The notes under the pieces were generated by a model. That model ran no database searches, was not told the DNA's origin, and saw only the letters and a program-made list of their open reading frames with translations. From a virus (Duplodnaviria; Heunggongvirae; Uroviricota; Caudoviricetes), in the IMG/VR virus record IMGVR_UViG_2548876935_000005: DNA of 7,216 nucleotides; one strand, given 5' to 3'. Position numbers and translations under genes: made by a program. Below, one piece after another: positions 6,691 to 7,216 of the stretch (the first letter of the stretch is position 1; each line of letters begins with the position of its first letter).

Positions 6691-6959
6691 AATTAAATAT
6701 CAGAGTGGATAAACGCCAGCTATGGCAGAAAAAAGAGAACAGCGAGGCATTCAGGGCTTTGCTGGTGGAAAATCTTCGGCACCGGTTCAGTGGAGAGTTG
6801 CCTGATGCACTGGGGAAGAAACTGGAATCCCTGACGGTGGAAATTGGCGATTATGGCTTTGTTGATGTTGAAAGCACGACTGCCAACACAGAAATCGTAA
6901 AGCAGGTCGTCAATGATGTAATGAAAACCACGCTTAGCCAGCCATCCTGGCGCAACTGA
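6687..6959 (+). CDS. hypothetical acidic protein (90 aa)
   Basis: GTG start overlaps the upstream stop (GTGA at 6687-6690), with RBS AGAGGTGAGG at 6675-6684. Followed by a hairpin at 6966-6986. No family recognised. Confidence 0.5.
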   Translation: MKLNIRVDKRQLWQKKENSEAFRALLVENLRHRFSGELPDALGKKLESLTVEIGDYGFVDVESTTANTEIVKQVVNDVMKTTLSQPSWRN

Positions 6960-6965
6960 ATCAGT

Positions 6966-6990
6966 AAGGGGCGGTTATTGCCCCTTTCCT
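6966..6990 (+). terminator. possible terminator hairpin
   Basis: Stem AAGGGGC (6966-6972), 7-nt loop, GCCCCTT (6980-6986), then TCCTCC. The tail is U-poor, so this is weaker than the hairpin at 5868. Confidence 0.35.
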
Positions 6991-7058
6991 CCATACCCAC
7001 AACGCATTCCCTTTTCGCATTAAATTATTTTTTATCGTATATGCATGAGGTGAGCTAC

Positions 7059-7166
7059 ATGTTGATGAGTAAAGCCGAATACGCCAAATACAAAGGCGTA
7101 AGCCGCCAGACAGTTTACGACTGGATCGAGAAAGGCGAAGTGATCATGTCTGGCAAAAAAATGTAA
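7059..7166 (+). CDS. short helix-turn-helix protein (excisionase/AlpA-like HTH, 35 aa as read); ORF track gives 6978 as start
   Basis: GAGGTGAG (7047-7054) precedes ATG 7059. The motif GVSRQTVYDWIEKGEV is a typical excisionase-type HTH. The ORF ends just after an A7 run, so it may be truncated or frameshifted. The tracked upstream extension crosses the hairpin and has no RBS. Confidence 0.4.
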   Translation: MLMSKAEYAKYKGVSRQTVYDWIEKGEVIMSGKKM

Positions 7167-7216
7167 GCGTACAGCGAGGGCCGTATTGACGGGGATGTGT
7201 TATTCAGCTGGCAGTG

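Noticed and set aside
6978-7058. N-terminal extension of the HTH ORF
   Set aside because: Overlaps the hairpin at 6966-6986 and the promoter-like region, with no RBS; ATG 7059 has GAGGTGAG upstream.

Overview
The window reads as the replication/regulation core of a phage satellite or phage-inducible chromosomal island (PICI-like or P4-like) from an enterobacterial genome, with every supported gene on the + strand. From left to right: a sigma70-like promoter overlapped by three palindromic operators (28-79); five small, translationally coupled ORFs of unknown function (177-1581); a 601-aa P4/D5-family replication NTPase with a Walker A motif (1578-3383); an iteron-rich, AT-rich putative origin (3412-3747); a ProQ/FinO-domain protein (3753-4295) coupled to a PerC-like small regulator (4292-4579); a low-GC cargo segment (about 4580-6520) encoding a lipoprotein with an internal tandem duplication (4714-5856), a hairpin terminator, and a 107-aa three-helix membrane protein (5921-6244); an 18-bp perfect palindrome ahead of a coupled pair of small genes (6523-6959); and a short HTH ORF at the right edge (7059-7166). 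The best candidate for an undescribed system is the low-GC lipoprotein plus membrane-protein cassette, sitting where satellites usually carry defence or exclusion cargo. All family assignments are from reading the translations by eye, no searches were run, and the GC figures are hand counts of a few 60-nt lines.
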